Origin: an uncultured virus (IMG/VR IMGVR_UViG_3300032219_000626)
Lineage: Duplodnaviria > Heunggongvirae > Uroviricota > Caudoviricetes
Virus record (IMG/VR): IMGVR_UViG_3300032219_000626
DNA: 27,516 nt
Strand: one strand, 5' to 3'
Shown here: piece after piece, positions 1 through 8,948 of the stretch
Layout of the letters: every line of letters starts with the position of its first letter
Numbering within the stretch: the first letter of the stretch is position 1
Program-made: the position numbers and the translations under genes
Notes under the pieces: model-generated
What the model was told of the DNA's origin: nothing
Seen by the model: the letters and a program-made list of their open reading frames with translations, nothing else
Database searches by the model: none

Positions 1-2319
1 TCTGTTCCGCAATATGTTGCTGGAACAACTGGGCTTATCGCAACACTATCTTCTGGTAGCACAACAGTAACCCTAACAACTGGGTCAACGTCAAATTTAG
101 TTATTGGACAATTGCTTACAAAAACTAGTGGCACAGGTGCTTTTGCATCTGGAGCAAAGGTTGCAGAAATTGTTTCTGGAACAGTTTTTAAAACAACAAT
201 CCCACACCAGACCAGTGGCTCCACCACATTTAGCACCAACGCAATTGTAAAAAATAACATAATTGATTTTGGAGATGCGGTATATTGGCTACCAAGATAT
301 AACGGATACTTTTATGCTAATGGAGAAGTAATCAAATACGATGCAGTAGAGTATGTTGTTCAGGGCATTGGCAGTGTATGGATAACTAACAAACTAGAGT
401 ATGAAAACTATTTCTCAAAGCTAGCTTTTGGAAAAAAGATTTTTCCTAGTGGCAAGGTAAGAATCTACTCAAAGTTAGACTCAGCACCAAGTGTAATTCG
501 TCATGGTCGTGGTCAGTTTGGAACACAGATTGTTTCACATACTGCTGGCATTTCGTCACACTGGACAAATGCATCAAATAAAAAAGGTTTTGTTATGAAC
601 TCAGAATACATTTTTGACGGAAAAACCTTGCCAACAAATCTAGTAAATGGAGCAGTTGGCAATCCAGCATCTGCAGCCTCAATTGCAAAAACATCAAAAG
701 TGTCTGACTCATTAAAAAATAGCCTACTAATGTTTCCAGACGAAAGCGATTGGATTTCAAAAACCAAATCATCTCTTGGTGGTTCTGTACAGGCATCCGC
801 AATGGTTTTAACTGGACCATCTAAAAAAGCTTTAGCAAACAATGGTATTGCTGGCAAGAACTTTGTTACCTATGTTCACAAACAGCTAGACAATAAGTTT
901 GTTCACTTTGGAACTAGGTTACGAATTGTTGGTTCAATTAAAAATAACAATAAGTTTTACACTCAAGAAGTAGAGAATGCAACTACATACTATAATGCTG
1001 ACAAAATTGCTGGTGGTTCGGCAGGTATAGCCTTTATGCTAGACACTACCTCAAGTAAAAACAATGGATATTATTTTGAAATTGCAGCACTAGGTTTTAA
1101 AAACGTAAAAGATTTTGGTAAAGAAGATAATGTTTTCTTTTATAAAATACAAAAAGAGTCTGGTGATGCAGAAACAGATTCTGCAATTCCAGTAACTTTA
1201 TTTAAGAGTACAGCCCAGGTTGTTGTAGACTCTGGTTCTTTTGCTACACAAGGACGACTAACTACAGAAGAAATTCCAACAGTTTATGACCTTGCCGTGG
1301 AATATGAAAAAAAGTCAAGCAAGTGGTTAAGATTTTACCTGTATCTAAATGGAAATCTGCTGGCTGTTGTTGACGACAAAGATGCTTTGCCAGTAAAGAA
1401 AAATATTGCAATGTTTGTTCGTGCTAGCACAAAGGCAATTTTTGAAAATGTTTATGCAATGAGAAATAGCTATGAAGATGCAGGTAACGCATCAATTGAA
1501 GTTGCACCAGGGCAATCTAGAACAATATTTGACGACAACTCTATATCAGTTGCTGAAGCATTACACAAGTATGCTATTAGCGGTATTATTCAACAAACAT
1601 ATCTTACAAATATTGGAACAGATGGCTCTAGGTTTAAGATTTACTACGATGAATTTGGAACTATTATGAGAGAAGCAGCATACTTTGATATTAAATATGA
1701 TAAGGCTTATCCAGCACTTTCTGTAAAGCTGCTGCCAACATTTTCAAAAGAAAAAGGTTACGCTGTTTCTGGATTTAACTCAAATGCATATGGGGCAGAG
1801 TTTCTAGTGTTTAACTGTACAGATAATGTCCTTATGATTGACCAAAGTGTAGGAAATATGCTAAGGATTTCTGGAGTAACGCTGACAGATGAATCAAATA
1901 AAACATTAACGGTAGATGACTACTACAACAAAAAAGCAGACTTTTCAAATCCTACATTTTCTGGAAACAATCTTGTAACCCAAAATCTTTATGAAGAATA
2001 TCTAGATATTAAAAACAGTAGAACTACTTATGGGATAAAGTCATTTGAGATTAGTCCAACATTTATTCAAAGCCAAGACTCTGCTAATGAACTTATGGGC
2101 TGGCTAATCTCAAAAATATCTAAACCAAGAAATGCAGTTGGCATTGAAACGTTTGGTGTTCCATATGCACAGCTAGGAGACATCGTTAGAGTTGACTATA
2201 TACAAGATTCTGTTGACCAGGTATCACTAGCAGACTCAAGGTATGTTGTATATTCTATTGAATATTCATACAATACAGAGGGACCACAGACTACGTTATA
2301 CCTAAGTGAGGTTCAATAA
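1..2319 (+). CDS. Large minor tail/baseplate protein, 5'-truncated by the window edge
   Basis: Frame 1 is open from base 1 (SVPQYVAGTTG...) to TAA at 2317-2319. Beta-rich, with a concanavalin/lectin-like middle (YDLAVEY...FYLYLNGNLLAVVDD) and a C-terminus typical of tail hub proteins (GVPYAQLGDIVRVDY...YVVYSIEYSY). Confidence 0.65.
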   Translation, partial: SVPQYVAGTTGLIATLSSGSTTVTLTTGSTSNLVIGQLLTKTSGTGAFASGAKVAEIVSGTVFKTTIPHQTSGSTTFSTNAIVKNNIIDFGDAVYWLPRYNGYFYANGEVIKYDAVEYVVQGIGSVWITNKLEYENYFSKLAFGKKIFPSGKVRIYSKLDSAPSVIRHGRGQFGTQIVSHTAGISSHWTNASNKKGFVMNSEYIFDGKTLPTNLVNGAVGNPASAASIAKTSKVSDSLKNSLLMFPDESDWISKTKSSLGGSVQASAMVLTGPSKKALANNGIAGKNFVTYVHKQLDNKFVHFGTRLRIVGSIKNNNKFYTQEVENATTYYNADKIAGGSAGIAFMLDTTSSKNNGYYFEIAALGFKNVKDFGKEDNVFFYKIQKESGDAETDSAIPVTLFKSTAQVVVDSGSFATQGRLTTEEIPTVYDLAVEYEKKSSKWLRFYLYLNGNLLAVVDDKDALPVKKNIAMFVRASTKAIFENVYAMRNSYEDAGNASIEVAPGQSRTIFDDNSISVAEALHKYAISGIIQQTYLTNIGTDGSRFKIYYDEFGTIMREAAYFDIKYDKAYPALSVKLLPTFSKEKGYAVSGFNSNAYGAEFLVFNCTDNVLMIDQSVGNMLRISGVTLTDESNKTLTVDDYYNKKADFSNPTFSGNNLVTQNLYEEYLDIKNSRTTYGIKSFEISPTFIQSQDSANELMGWLISKISKPRNAVGIETFGVPYAQLGDIVRVDYIQDSVDQVSLADSRYVVYSIEYSYNTEGPQTTLYLSEVQ

Positions 2320-2837
2320 TGGCTAAAATAAATGCAACTCCAGATGAAGGCTATGTTCCATTTAAAACTAAGCCAGCTGTAAATGTGCCAAGTACTAATA
2401 CGGATATAGGAGAAACAGATTATATTAGATATCAAATATCAGAAGAAGAAGTTGAAAATTTGTTGCTTCAAGATATTGGCGGCAGAGAGCTTATCACATT
2501 AACTAGAACTGACCAGATTAATGGTATTGTTCAAGACTACTCCCCAATTAAAAATATCTCGGAACTAGCGTTAGAGTATAGCCCAACAGAAATATCAAAA
2601 AATCCAAACTCAACTGACAACTTTTTAGATTTGTTTTATTATAATTTTAATGAATATCTTCCATCTATAGAAGATTTAGAACAACTTTATCCTAATGACG
2701 ATTCTAAGTGGAAAGCTGTTTATTTTGACAATGCCACAAACTCAATAACAATTCACATTGCAAACGCATTTAATGGAGAGCAAGTTGAGATTGAGTTTTT
2801 ATCATTTGATGAAGTTAAAGATGATACAATATACTAA
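2319..2837 (+). CDS. Hypothetical virion-module protein (172 aa)
   Basis: ORF coupled to the upstream gene by a TAATG overlap; acidic; lies within the tail gene run. Confidence 0.6.
   Translation: MAKINATPDEGYVPFKTKPAVNVPSTNTDIGETDYIRYQISEEEVENLLLQDIGGRELITLTRTDQINGIVQDYSPIKNISELALEYSPTEISKNPNSTDNFLDLFYYNFNEYLPSIEDLEQLYPNDDSKWKAVYFDNATNSITIHIANAFNGEQVEIEFLSFDEVKDDTIY
2822..2830 (+). promoter_or_regulatory. Extended -10 promoter candidate (TGATACAAT)
   Basis: TGn + TACAAT in the last codons of the 172-aa gene, about 20 nt before ATG 2850, which has a GAGG RBS. Confidence 0.4.
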
Positions 2838-2849
2838 GAGGTTAAAACT

Positions 2850-3959
2850 ATGATTACAGATAAAGGGATTGAACTACTAGGTAGATACGTTGTTGGTCAG
2901 ATACCAGCGTTTGCTTCGCATATTGCTATTGGCTGTGGAGAGCAAACGCTTCTTACAGCAGAAGACCTAGACGATTATTCATCAAGAAATTCACTAACTT
3001 TTGAGATGGCAAGAGTTCCAGTAATATCTAGAACTATTATAAATGATGGAACAACCTATGCTATTTTTACAGCAGAGCTGCCTTCTTTAGATAGATACGG
3101 AATTACCGAAATTGGCATTTACCCAGCAGAAGAGAATAATGTTGCTGGCTCAACTCCAAGCCAAACTTTGTTTTCATTTTCGGATGCAGAAGATTGGCAA
3201 GAACACGATACTACAGGAGCCACATTTTCCGCAGTAGAGATAAAGCACGACTTAGCTGATACAGATGGCAACATAGACATTGCAGATACAGCATTTAAGC
3301 TAGCCTCAGACAATTCTATTTTTGGAAGCAACTATCGCTTAAACAGGCAAGAGCAGCCAAGGTTTTTAAATTATGCATTGGCTATGAAAGGCAATTATAC
3401 TACAAGAACTGGGTCAGCACCAAACTATGCACTTAGCTATACTGCAAATCACATTGAGCTAAATACTGGAATAAACCTATCCAGCATTGACCAGGCTAAC
3501 GAAGTATTAGACAAAATTAAAGTTGCTTTTTCAATAGTTCCAACAGATGTAGATTCACCAGTAACGCCAACTTACACATTGATTACCGTTGAGTTTGCTA
3601 CTGCAGATACTGGTGGCGAATACGCAAGGTTTCAAATGACCCCAAATGTAGATAATGAAAATAGATACATTGTTGAAGAATTATTGCTAAAAGATTTAAC
3701 AAAATCATCTTCTGCCTTTAAGTGGTCAGATGTAACACACGTCAAGGTTTATGCAAATATTGATAATGCAACAGATAACTATGTTGTTCTAGATGGAATT
3801 AGGTTTGAAAATTTATCTGATATAGATAATCAGTTTGGTCTTGTTGGCTATACAGTAATTGTCAGTTCTGATACCGATGTTTTAAATGAAAGACCAGTGG
3901 TTAAAGTTGAAAATACAACTTCATATATAGAATTTAAATTTAAAATAGGACTGGTATAG
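2850..3959 (+). CDS. Putative tail/baseplate structural protein (369 aa)
   Basis: N-terminus MITDKG...HIAIGCG...FEMARVPV...FTAELP...ITEIGIY resembles tail-collar/fibre N-terminal domains, followed by a carbohydrate-binding-like beta-sandwich (WSDVTHVKVY...VVLDGIRF). Confidence 0.6.
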   Translation: MITDKGIELLGRYVVGQIPAFASHIAIGCGEQTLLTAEDLDDYSSRNSLTFEMARVPVISRTIINDGTTYAIFTAELPSLDRYGITEIGIYPAEENNVAGSTPSQTLFSFSDAEDWQEHDTTGATFSAVEIKHDLADTDGNIDIADTAFKLASDNSIFGSNYRLNRQEQPRFLNYALAMKGNYTTRTGSAPNYALSYTANHIELNTGINLSSIDQANEVLDKIKVAFSIVPTDVDSPVTPTYTLITVEFATADTGGEYARFQMTPNVDNENRYIVEELLLKDLTKSSSAFKWSDVTHVKVYANIDNATDNYVVLDGIRFENLSDIDNQFGLVGYTVIVSSDTDVLNERPVVKVENTTSYIEFKFKIGLV

Positions 3960-4486
3960 TGGCTATCCAAAAAGTCGTTATACCATCAGAATTTTTACCA
4001 CTTCCTAAAAAAGATGGTAAGTTTTATTTTAGATATAGAATAAAGTCTCCAGATGGAGCTGCCACTTCTGCCTGGTCAGACATTAAAGATTTAGATGGAA
4101 ACACAGCATCAAACTTTGAATACTACTCTGGGGCAGCTACAGCCAAAGCAACAGTATCTGTAGACAGCCTTTCAATTAACCTAGAGTGGGATGCTCTTGG
4201 TGGAGACGTTTTAAAGAATTCAAAATTTGACATTTTTGTTAAATGGGAATATCCAGACTCATCCTTTAATGATGCAGATTATTTTTATGTTGCAACAGTT
4301 TCTGCAACTAACTATTTTGTAACAATTCCATATGAAGATGGCGTTGGTCAAAAGGCAACAGCTGGATATTTTTCTATTCAACTTGCAACACAAGAAAAAG
4401 AAGTAGATGCGTTTATGGAAGTAGCGAACGTATCTGTAATAAATACAACATATTCTGCACCAGATATTGATGGCGGAGAAATTTAG
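3959..4486 (+). CDS. Putative virion protein with fibronectin-III-like features (175 aa)
   Basis: YFRYRIKS...SAWS and SINLEWD motifs are FN3-like; GTG start overlaps the upstream TAG. Confidence 0.5.
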   Translation: MAIQKVVIPSEFLPLPKKDGKFYFRYRIKSPDGAATSAWSDIKDLDGNTASNFEYYSGAATAKATVSVDSLSINLEWDALGGDVLKNSKFDIFVKWEYPDSSFNDADYFYVATVSATNYFVTIPYEDGVGQKATAGYFSIQLATQEKEVDAFMEVANVSVINTTYSAPDIDGGEI

Positions 4487-4490
4487 GGTA

Positions 4491-4499
4491 TGGTATAAT
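4491..4499 (+). promoter_or_regulatory. Extended -10 promoter (TGGTATAAT), probably leaderless
   Basis: Perfect TGn-TATAAT with ATG 4506 six nt downstream and no SD. Confidence 0.7.
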
Positions 4500-4505
4500 T
4501 AAAGA

Positions 4506-4970
4506 ATGGGAATCATTAACGAGCCATCAATTGGTCAAGCTATAGACGTAAATTATATTAGTCAAATTGTTAAAGAGCTTAACAGCCTTAACGGAACACT
4601 GGGAACCAAGCTAACGCAGTCTAGAATTCCAAAAAGTAATGCCAACAAGCCAACAGAGTCGTTTCTAACATCTAATCTTTCTATTGTAAGTGGTAGAACG
4701 CTGGTAACAACAGACAACAGTAGCAAAACGGCAGACGTTAAACCTTTTATCTTTGAGTTTGGAAGAACTTTTAGATATGTTCCAATTGTTACTGCTACCC
4801 CACAAGTTATTGGTACTGGAATTAAAGCAAAAACACTTGCAGTGTCTGTTATTATTCAAAATGTAACTACATCGCAAGTCACTGGATTACTAGTGTTTAA
4901 TTCAGAAGCAAAAAACACTGGTGTGTATATTAACATTATTGCTGTTGGTGCTCCTGCTGGTGCAAACTAG
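4506..4970 (+). CDS. Putative minor tail protein (154 aa)
   Basis: C-terminal pattern FEFGRTFRYVPIVTATP...VYINIIAVG is typical of the small beta-sandwich at tail-fibre tips. Confidence 0.5.
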   Translation: MGIINEPSIGQAIDVNYISQIVKELNSLNGTLGTKLTQSRIPKSNANKPTESFLTSNLSIVSGRTLVTTDNSSKTADVKPFIFEFGRTFRYVPIVTATPQVIGTGIKAKTLAVSVIIQNVTTSQVTGLLVFNSEAKNTGVYINIIAVGAPAGAN

Positions 4971-4979
4971 GACTGCCAA

Positions 4980-5501
4980 GTGGACAGAGAAGCATACAAT
5001 AGTGCTCCAGTAATTCCAGGTAGCAAAAAGGTTTGGTTTTTAAACGGAGACTTGGTTAGGATACACCACCTAAATCGTTCTAACGGAATCATGTCTGTAT
5101 ACAACATAGTTAAAGACCAAATTGAAAGCTGCCTTGTTACTGATTTTAAACGTAATCGCAAAAAAGCCTATACTGTTGGCGAGACAGCAATCCTAGTAAA
5201 CCGCCACAAAAAGTATATGCCAAGCCTAATGAAACGTGGGATTATTCCACATCCAACAGGTGGTCAAAAAGGTGGGGCAACTGGATGGCAAGTTAGAAGC
5301 TATTACTCTGAGTTGCAGGTTCACGAAATTCGTGATATACTAGCTACCTACCACATTGGACAACCACGCAAAGATAAGCTGATTACCAATGATATAACTC
5401 CTACTAAACAGGAGTTGACAAGGCGTATGGGTGATGGTATACTTACTTATACAAGGACCGAAGACGGTCGCTTCATTCCTGTTTGGAACGAAGAAATTTA
5501 A
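4980..5501 (+). CDS. Putative helix-turn-helix (MerR/excisionase-like) DNA-binding protein
   Basis: AYTVGETAILVNRHKKYMPSLMKRGIIPHP...RSYYSE matches the MerR-like winged HTH pattern; first gene of the replication module. Confidence 0.55.
   Translation: MDREAYNSAPVIPGSKKVWFLNGDLVRIHHLNRSNGIMSVYNIVKDQIESCLVTDFKRNRKKAYTVGETAILVNRHKKYMPSLMKRGIIPHPTGGQKGGATGWQVRSYYSELQVHEIRDILATYHIGQPRKDKLITNDITPTKQELTRRMGDGILTYTRTEDGRFIPVWNEEI
5313..5341 (+). promoter_or_regulatory. Intragenic sigmaA-type promoter (TTGCAG-17-TATACT, extended TG)
   Basis: -35 at 5313-5318, TGA at 5333-5335, -10 at 5336-5341. Confidence 0.5.
5415..5443 (+). promoter_or_regulatory. Intragenic sigmaA-type promoter (TTGACA-17-TATACT, extended TG)
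   Basis: Perfect -35 at 5415-5420, TGG, -10 at 5438-5443; about 75 nt upstream of ATG 5519. Confidence 0.7.
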
Positions 5502-5518
5502 TGAGAGAGCAGTAGGGT

Positions 5519-5728
5519 ATGAACAACGAAGAAACTAAAGTAACAGTAGGTCTTGGCTATACGCTTAACCTAGGAAACTTCCAGTCGCTACGCATTGATA
5601 TTAGCGTAACAGACAACAAGCGTGAGGGTGAAAACACCAATGACGCATTTGAGCGTGTTTACGGATTTGTAGAAAAGAAGCTCACAGAAAAGGTAGCAGA
5701 AGCACAGTCAGAGACTGACGGTAAATAA
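5519..5728 (+). CDS. Hypothetical protein (69 aa)
   Basis: Clean ORF coupled to the next gene by TAATG; contains GYTLNLGNFQSLRID. Confidence 0.7.
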   Translation: MNNEETKVTVGLGYTLNLGNFQSLRIDISVTDNKREGENTNDAFERVYGFVEKKLTEKVAEAQSETDGK

Positions 5729-6036
5729 TGGCTGAACGCAAAGACCGAATGGCTTTGCTTTCTCGTTACGCAAAGCTTCACACCAAACACTATGAAGAAC
5801 GAGTAACTCTCAACCTAAACGTTGAGCAATGGGCTGCAGACGCTCTGATTGAATCCTATGGTCTACCAGAATGCTATGACCTATTAGACTATTACTTTTC
5901 AGTTAGCCAGACTCCAACCTGGAAATACTTTGCTAACTATGCAGACAAAATTATAGATGCAAGACAGCAACTACAGCAAGACATGAAAGAAAGAGCAGAA
6001 CGTAGGGCGAAAGCCAAGGAGTGGTTAAATGACTAA
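5728..6036 (+). CDS. Hypothetical protein (102 aa), possible helicase partner
   Basis: ORF overlaps the DnaB start; function suggested only by position. Confidence 0.65.
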   Translation: MAERKDRMALLSRYAKLHTKHYEERVTLNLNVEQWAADALIESYGLPECYDLLDYYFSVSQTPTWKYFANYADKIIDARQQLQQDMKERAERRAKAKEWLND

Positions 6037-7255
6037 TACAGAATCAAAGCTAATTTCAGCGGTACTACAAGACAAGCAAGTACACGTACTACTACAGGCA
6101 AACGTAGAAAACATTCTTAGAACTCATACTGATATCTGGACTTTTATTCGCAACTACTCTGAAGCAAATGGCACTGTTCCACCAACCTCATTGGTTATAG
6201 AAAAGTTCCGTGACTTTATTCCTGTTGATGGCATTGGTGCTACAAAGTATCACCTAGAAGAACTACAGGCAGAGTTCCTAAACGATAGCCTCAAAGATGT
6301 TCTACGCTCAACTGCTGCAGAAGTACAGGCTGGTCAGGGAACCAAAGCACTAGAAGACCTAATCACAAAGACCTCAGAGCTAAAGAAAAACACAGCGGTT
6401 ATTCGTGACATTGACGCAACAGACCTTGACTCAGCAGTGCTCTACTTTGAAAACCTAGCAAAACAACAGGCACTAGGTTCTATTGGTATCAAGACTGGCT
6501 TGGCTGGCTTTGACAACTATCTACCTGCTGGCATTACTCCAGGTCAACTAGGTGTATTCCTAGCTTACCCAGGTATTGGTAAGTCTTGGATGGCTTTATA
6601 CTTTGCAGTACAAGCATGGAAACAAGGGAAGTCACCACTAATTATCTCTCTAGAAATGTCAGAAACAGAAGTCCGTAACCGTGTATTTACAATCATGGGT
6701 GAGGGTCTGTGGTCACACAGAAAGATGTCTAATGGTCAAGTTGAGATTGAGGACCTAAAGCGTTGGCACAAGAAGGAACTTGCTGGCAAGCCAGAGTTCC
6801 ACATTATCTCTAATGACTCTGGTGGTGAAGTTACACCATCTGTTATTCGTGGTAAGATTGACCAATATAAGCCAGACCTGGTTATCGTAGACTACCTACA
6901 ACTTATGTCACCTAACCAGAAATCAGACAATGAAACGGTACGCATGAAGAACTTGTCTCGTGAACTAAAGCTTATGGCTATTAGCGAAGAGATGCCTATC
7001 ATTGCTATCTCGTCTGCAACACCTGACGACGTTAACAAACTTGATACTGTTCCTACACTTGGACAGACTGCATGGTCACGTCAGATTGCATACGATGCTG
7101 ACTGGGTTCTTGCTCTAGGTCGTGCCACTAACTCTGACATCATTGAGTGTGTGTTCCGTAAGAACCGTAATGGCTTTATGGGTGAATTTATTGTCCAGGC
7201 TGACTTTGACAAGGGTTATTACCGTTACAAGGACATGGAAGATTTAAATCTTTAA
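6029..7255 (+). CDS. dnaB: DnaB-like replicative helicase
   Basis: Walker A AYPGIGKS, H1a SLEMS, H2 VIVDYLQLM, H3 SRELKLMA, H4 IAYDAD, and KNRNG arginine finger. Confidence 0.93.
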   Translation: MTNTESKLISAVLQDKQVHVLLQANVENILRTHTDIWTFIRNYSEANGTVPPTSLVIEKFRDFIPVDGIGATKYHLEELQAEFLNDSLKDVLRSTAAEVQAGQGTKALEDLITKTSELKKNTAVIRDIDATDLDSAVLYFENLAKQQALGSIGIKTGLAGFDNYLPAGITPGQLGVFLAYPGIGKSWMALYFAVQAWKQGKSPLIISLEMSETEVRNRVFTIMGEGLWSHRKMSNGQVEIEDLKRWHKKELAGKPEFHIISNDSGGEVTPSVIRGKIDQYKPDLVIVDYLQLMSPNQKSDNETVRMKNLSRELKLMAISEEMPIIAISSATPDDVNKLDTVPTLGQTAWSRQIAYDADWVLALGRATNSDIIECVFRKNRNGFMGEFIVQADFDKGYYRYKDMEDLNL

Positions 7256-7264
7256 TCAAAATCG

Positions 7265-7273
7265 TGGTATAAT
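7265..7273 (+). promoter_or_regulatory. Extended -10 promoter (TGGTATAAT), probably leaderless
   Basis: ATG 7280 is six nt after TATAAT; no SD. Confidence 0.7.
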
Positions 7274-7279
7274 TAGACT

Positions 7280-7720
7280 ATGAAAAGATGTAATAGATGT
7301 AATTTAGAAAAATCTAAAAATGATTTTTTTATAAACTCTAAGCGTTCAGACGGTTTACAGACATATTGCAAACCATGTCATTTAGAGTATGGTAGAGAAA
7401 GATATGCCAATCCAGAAGCCTTTAAACGCAGACAGATGAACAGAGAACTATATAAAGAACGTAGAAAAGACTCTACTAGAAAATGGTATTTAAAGTCTAC
7501 ATATGGCATAAGTCAAGAAAAGTATTTAGAAATGCTTGAAAGTAATAATAGTTCTTGTTGGATTTGTAATGAAAAAAAAGACTATTATCTACACGTAGAC
7601 CACGACCATAGCACTGGAAAAATTAGAGGACTACTTTGTCATGGATGTAACAATGCATTGGGATTGCTTAAGGATAGTAAAGAGTCATTGCTTAGAGCGA
7701 TAGAATACTTAGAAAACTAG
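7280..7720 (+). CDS. Endonuclease VII-family (His-Me finger) nuclease, probable free-standing homing endonuclease
   Basis: N-terminal CxxC...CxxC zinc finger; YGIS...CWIC...LHVDHDHSTGKIRGLLCHGCNNALGLLKD is the Endo VII signature; visibly more AT-rich than its neighbours. Confidence 0.9.
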   Translation: MKRCNRCNLEKSKNDFFINSKRSDGLQTYCKPCHLEYGRERYANPEAFKRRQMNRELYKERRKDSTRKWYLKSTYGISQEKYLEMLESNNSSCWICNEKKDYYLHVDHDHSTGKIRGLLCHGCNNALGLLKDSKESLLRAIEYLEN

Positions 7721-7721
7721 T

Positions 7722-7727
7722 TATAAT
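7722..7727 (+). promoter_or_regulatory. -10 box (TATAAT), probably leaderless
   Basis: TATAAT directly after the endonuclease stop; ATG 7733 follows after five nt. Confidence 0.5.
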
Positions 7728-7732
7728 GGTGT

Positions 7733-8074
7733 ATGGGCAACATACACCATAAGCCAATTAGACATTTTTTCTTGGATGGTCAAATCCACGATGAAGCAAC
7801 TATCGGTAGACTTAAAACTGAATATATTAGGTTAGTCACCGCAGAAATGCGTCTATCTGGATATGTGCCAAGGCTTGACATTGACCCAGATTTTACGATA
7901 GAATTTAATAGCAAAACAGAATATTTTACATTTCAATTATCAATGTACGGAACATATGTAGGAAGAAGAAAGAGCGAATGGATTACAGGAATAGACGGAA
8001 CAGTAGCGTATACACGCCAGAACAAATCAAACGAATCCTTGCAGGGTCAGGAATCAACGTCGAATCAGAAGTAG
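7733..8074 (+). CDS. Hypothetical protein (113 aa)
   Basis: ORF between the endonuclease and primase (GYVPRLDIDPDFTIEF); its 3' end overlaps the primase gene by 97 nt. Confidence 0.7.
   Translation: MGNIHHKPIRHFFLDGQIHDEATIGRLKTEYIRLVTAEMRLSGYVPRLDIDPDFTIEFNSKTEYFTFQLSMYGTYVGRRKSEWITGIDGTVAYTRQNKSNESLQGQESTSNQK
7875..7904 (+). promoter_or_regulatory. Intragenic promoter (TTGACA-18-TAGAAT) upstream of primase
   Basis: -35 at 7875-7880, -10 at 7899-7904; primase ATG at 7978. Confidence 0.5.
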
Positions 8075-8919
8075 ATTCAGACTACATTATATTTTGCCCA
8101 TTCCACAATAACCATCGCTCACCTGCTGGAGAAATTGACAAGCGTTCTGGCTTTTTCTTTTGCTTCTCCTGTCAGCACGTTTGTGACCTAACTGCTTTTG
8201 TTATGCATACTTCTAGCCGTACCTACTTTGAGGCGGTACGCTTTATTAAGTCCAAAGAAACAGAGACTGACCTTTCTTATCAAATTAATCAAGCATTGGT
8301 AGTTAAACCAGACTACACACCATACGATGAATTGCAGATTAAGAGACTAAACCAGCAAGCACTAGACTCTCCTAGAGCATTGCGATACTACTCTGGTAGG
8401 CTCATAAACGAGGCTTCAATCCGCAAATTTGATTTAGGGTATAGTGAGAAGCAAGACATGGTTACAATCCCTGTAGCGTCCCCTGAAGGCGTTTCAGTGG
8501 GGTTTGTGGGCAGGTCCGTAGAGGGTAAAGACTTTAAAAATACACCAGGACTACCAAAGAGTAAAGTCCTATTTAATCTACACAGAGTAAAAGCATCTAG
8601 CAAAGTCTATGTAGTTGAATCATCATTTGATGCTATTCGACTTGACCAGTGTGGCTTTCCTGCTGTAGCAACTCTTGGAGCAAATGTATCCAAGATACAA
8701 ACAGACCTACTTCAAAAGTATTTCAATGAAATATATGTCATTGCAGATAACGATGAAGCTGGCGGTAACATGAAAGACAAGCTTCTTGAAAGACTTGGCA
8801 GCCGTGTTAGCGTTATCAAATTAGATAAACAATATAAGGATATTGGCGATATGTCAGATGAAGCAATCAAGAATCTTGAAGAATCATTTGACAATACTAT
8901 CGCTGGTATGCTAAACTAG
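7978..8919 (+). CDS. dnaG: DnaG-like DNA primase
   Basis: CHC2 zinc finger CPFH...FCFSC; GFVGR...KNTP; TOPRIM motifs VVESSFD and ADNDEAG; KDIGD. Confidence 0.92.
   Translation: MDYRNRRNSSVYTPEQIKRILAGSGINVESEVDSDYIIFCPFHNNHRSPAGEIDKRSGFFFCFSCQHVCDLTAFVMHTSSRTYFEAVRFIKSKETETDLSYQINQALVVKPDYTPYDELQIKRLNQQALDSPRALRYYSGRLINEASIRKFDLGYSEKQDMVTIPVASPEGVSVGFVGRSVEGKDFKNTPGLPKSKVLFNLHRVKASSKVYVVESSFDAIRLDQCGFPAVATLGANVSKIQTDLLQKYFNEIYVIADNDEAGGNMKDKLLERLGSRVSVIKLDKQYKDIGDMSDEAIKNLEESFDNTIAGMLN
8888..8917 (+). promoter_or_regulatory. Promoter (TTGACA-18-TAAACT, extended TG) for ssb
   Basis: -35 at 8888-8893, TGC at 8909-8911, -10 at 8912-8917, in the last primase codons; AAGGAG RBS before ATG 8949. 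Confidence 0.55.
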
Positions 8920-8948
8920 TAATCCGCTAAAAACATAAGGAGAATATT

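Noticed and set aside
7206..7231. TTGACA near the end of dnaB as a promoter
   Set aside because: No acceptable -10 hexamer at 16-18 nt spacing.
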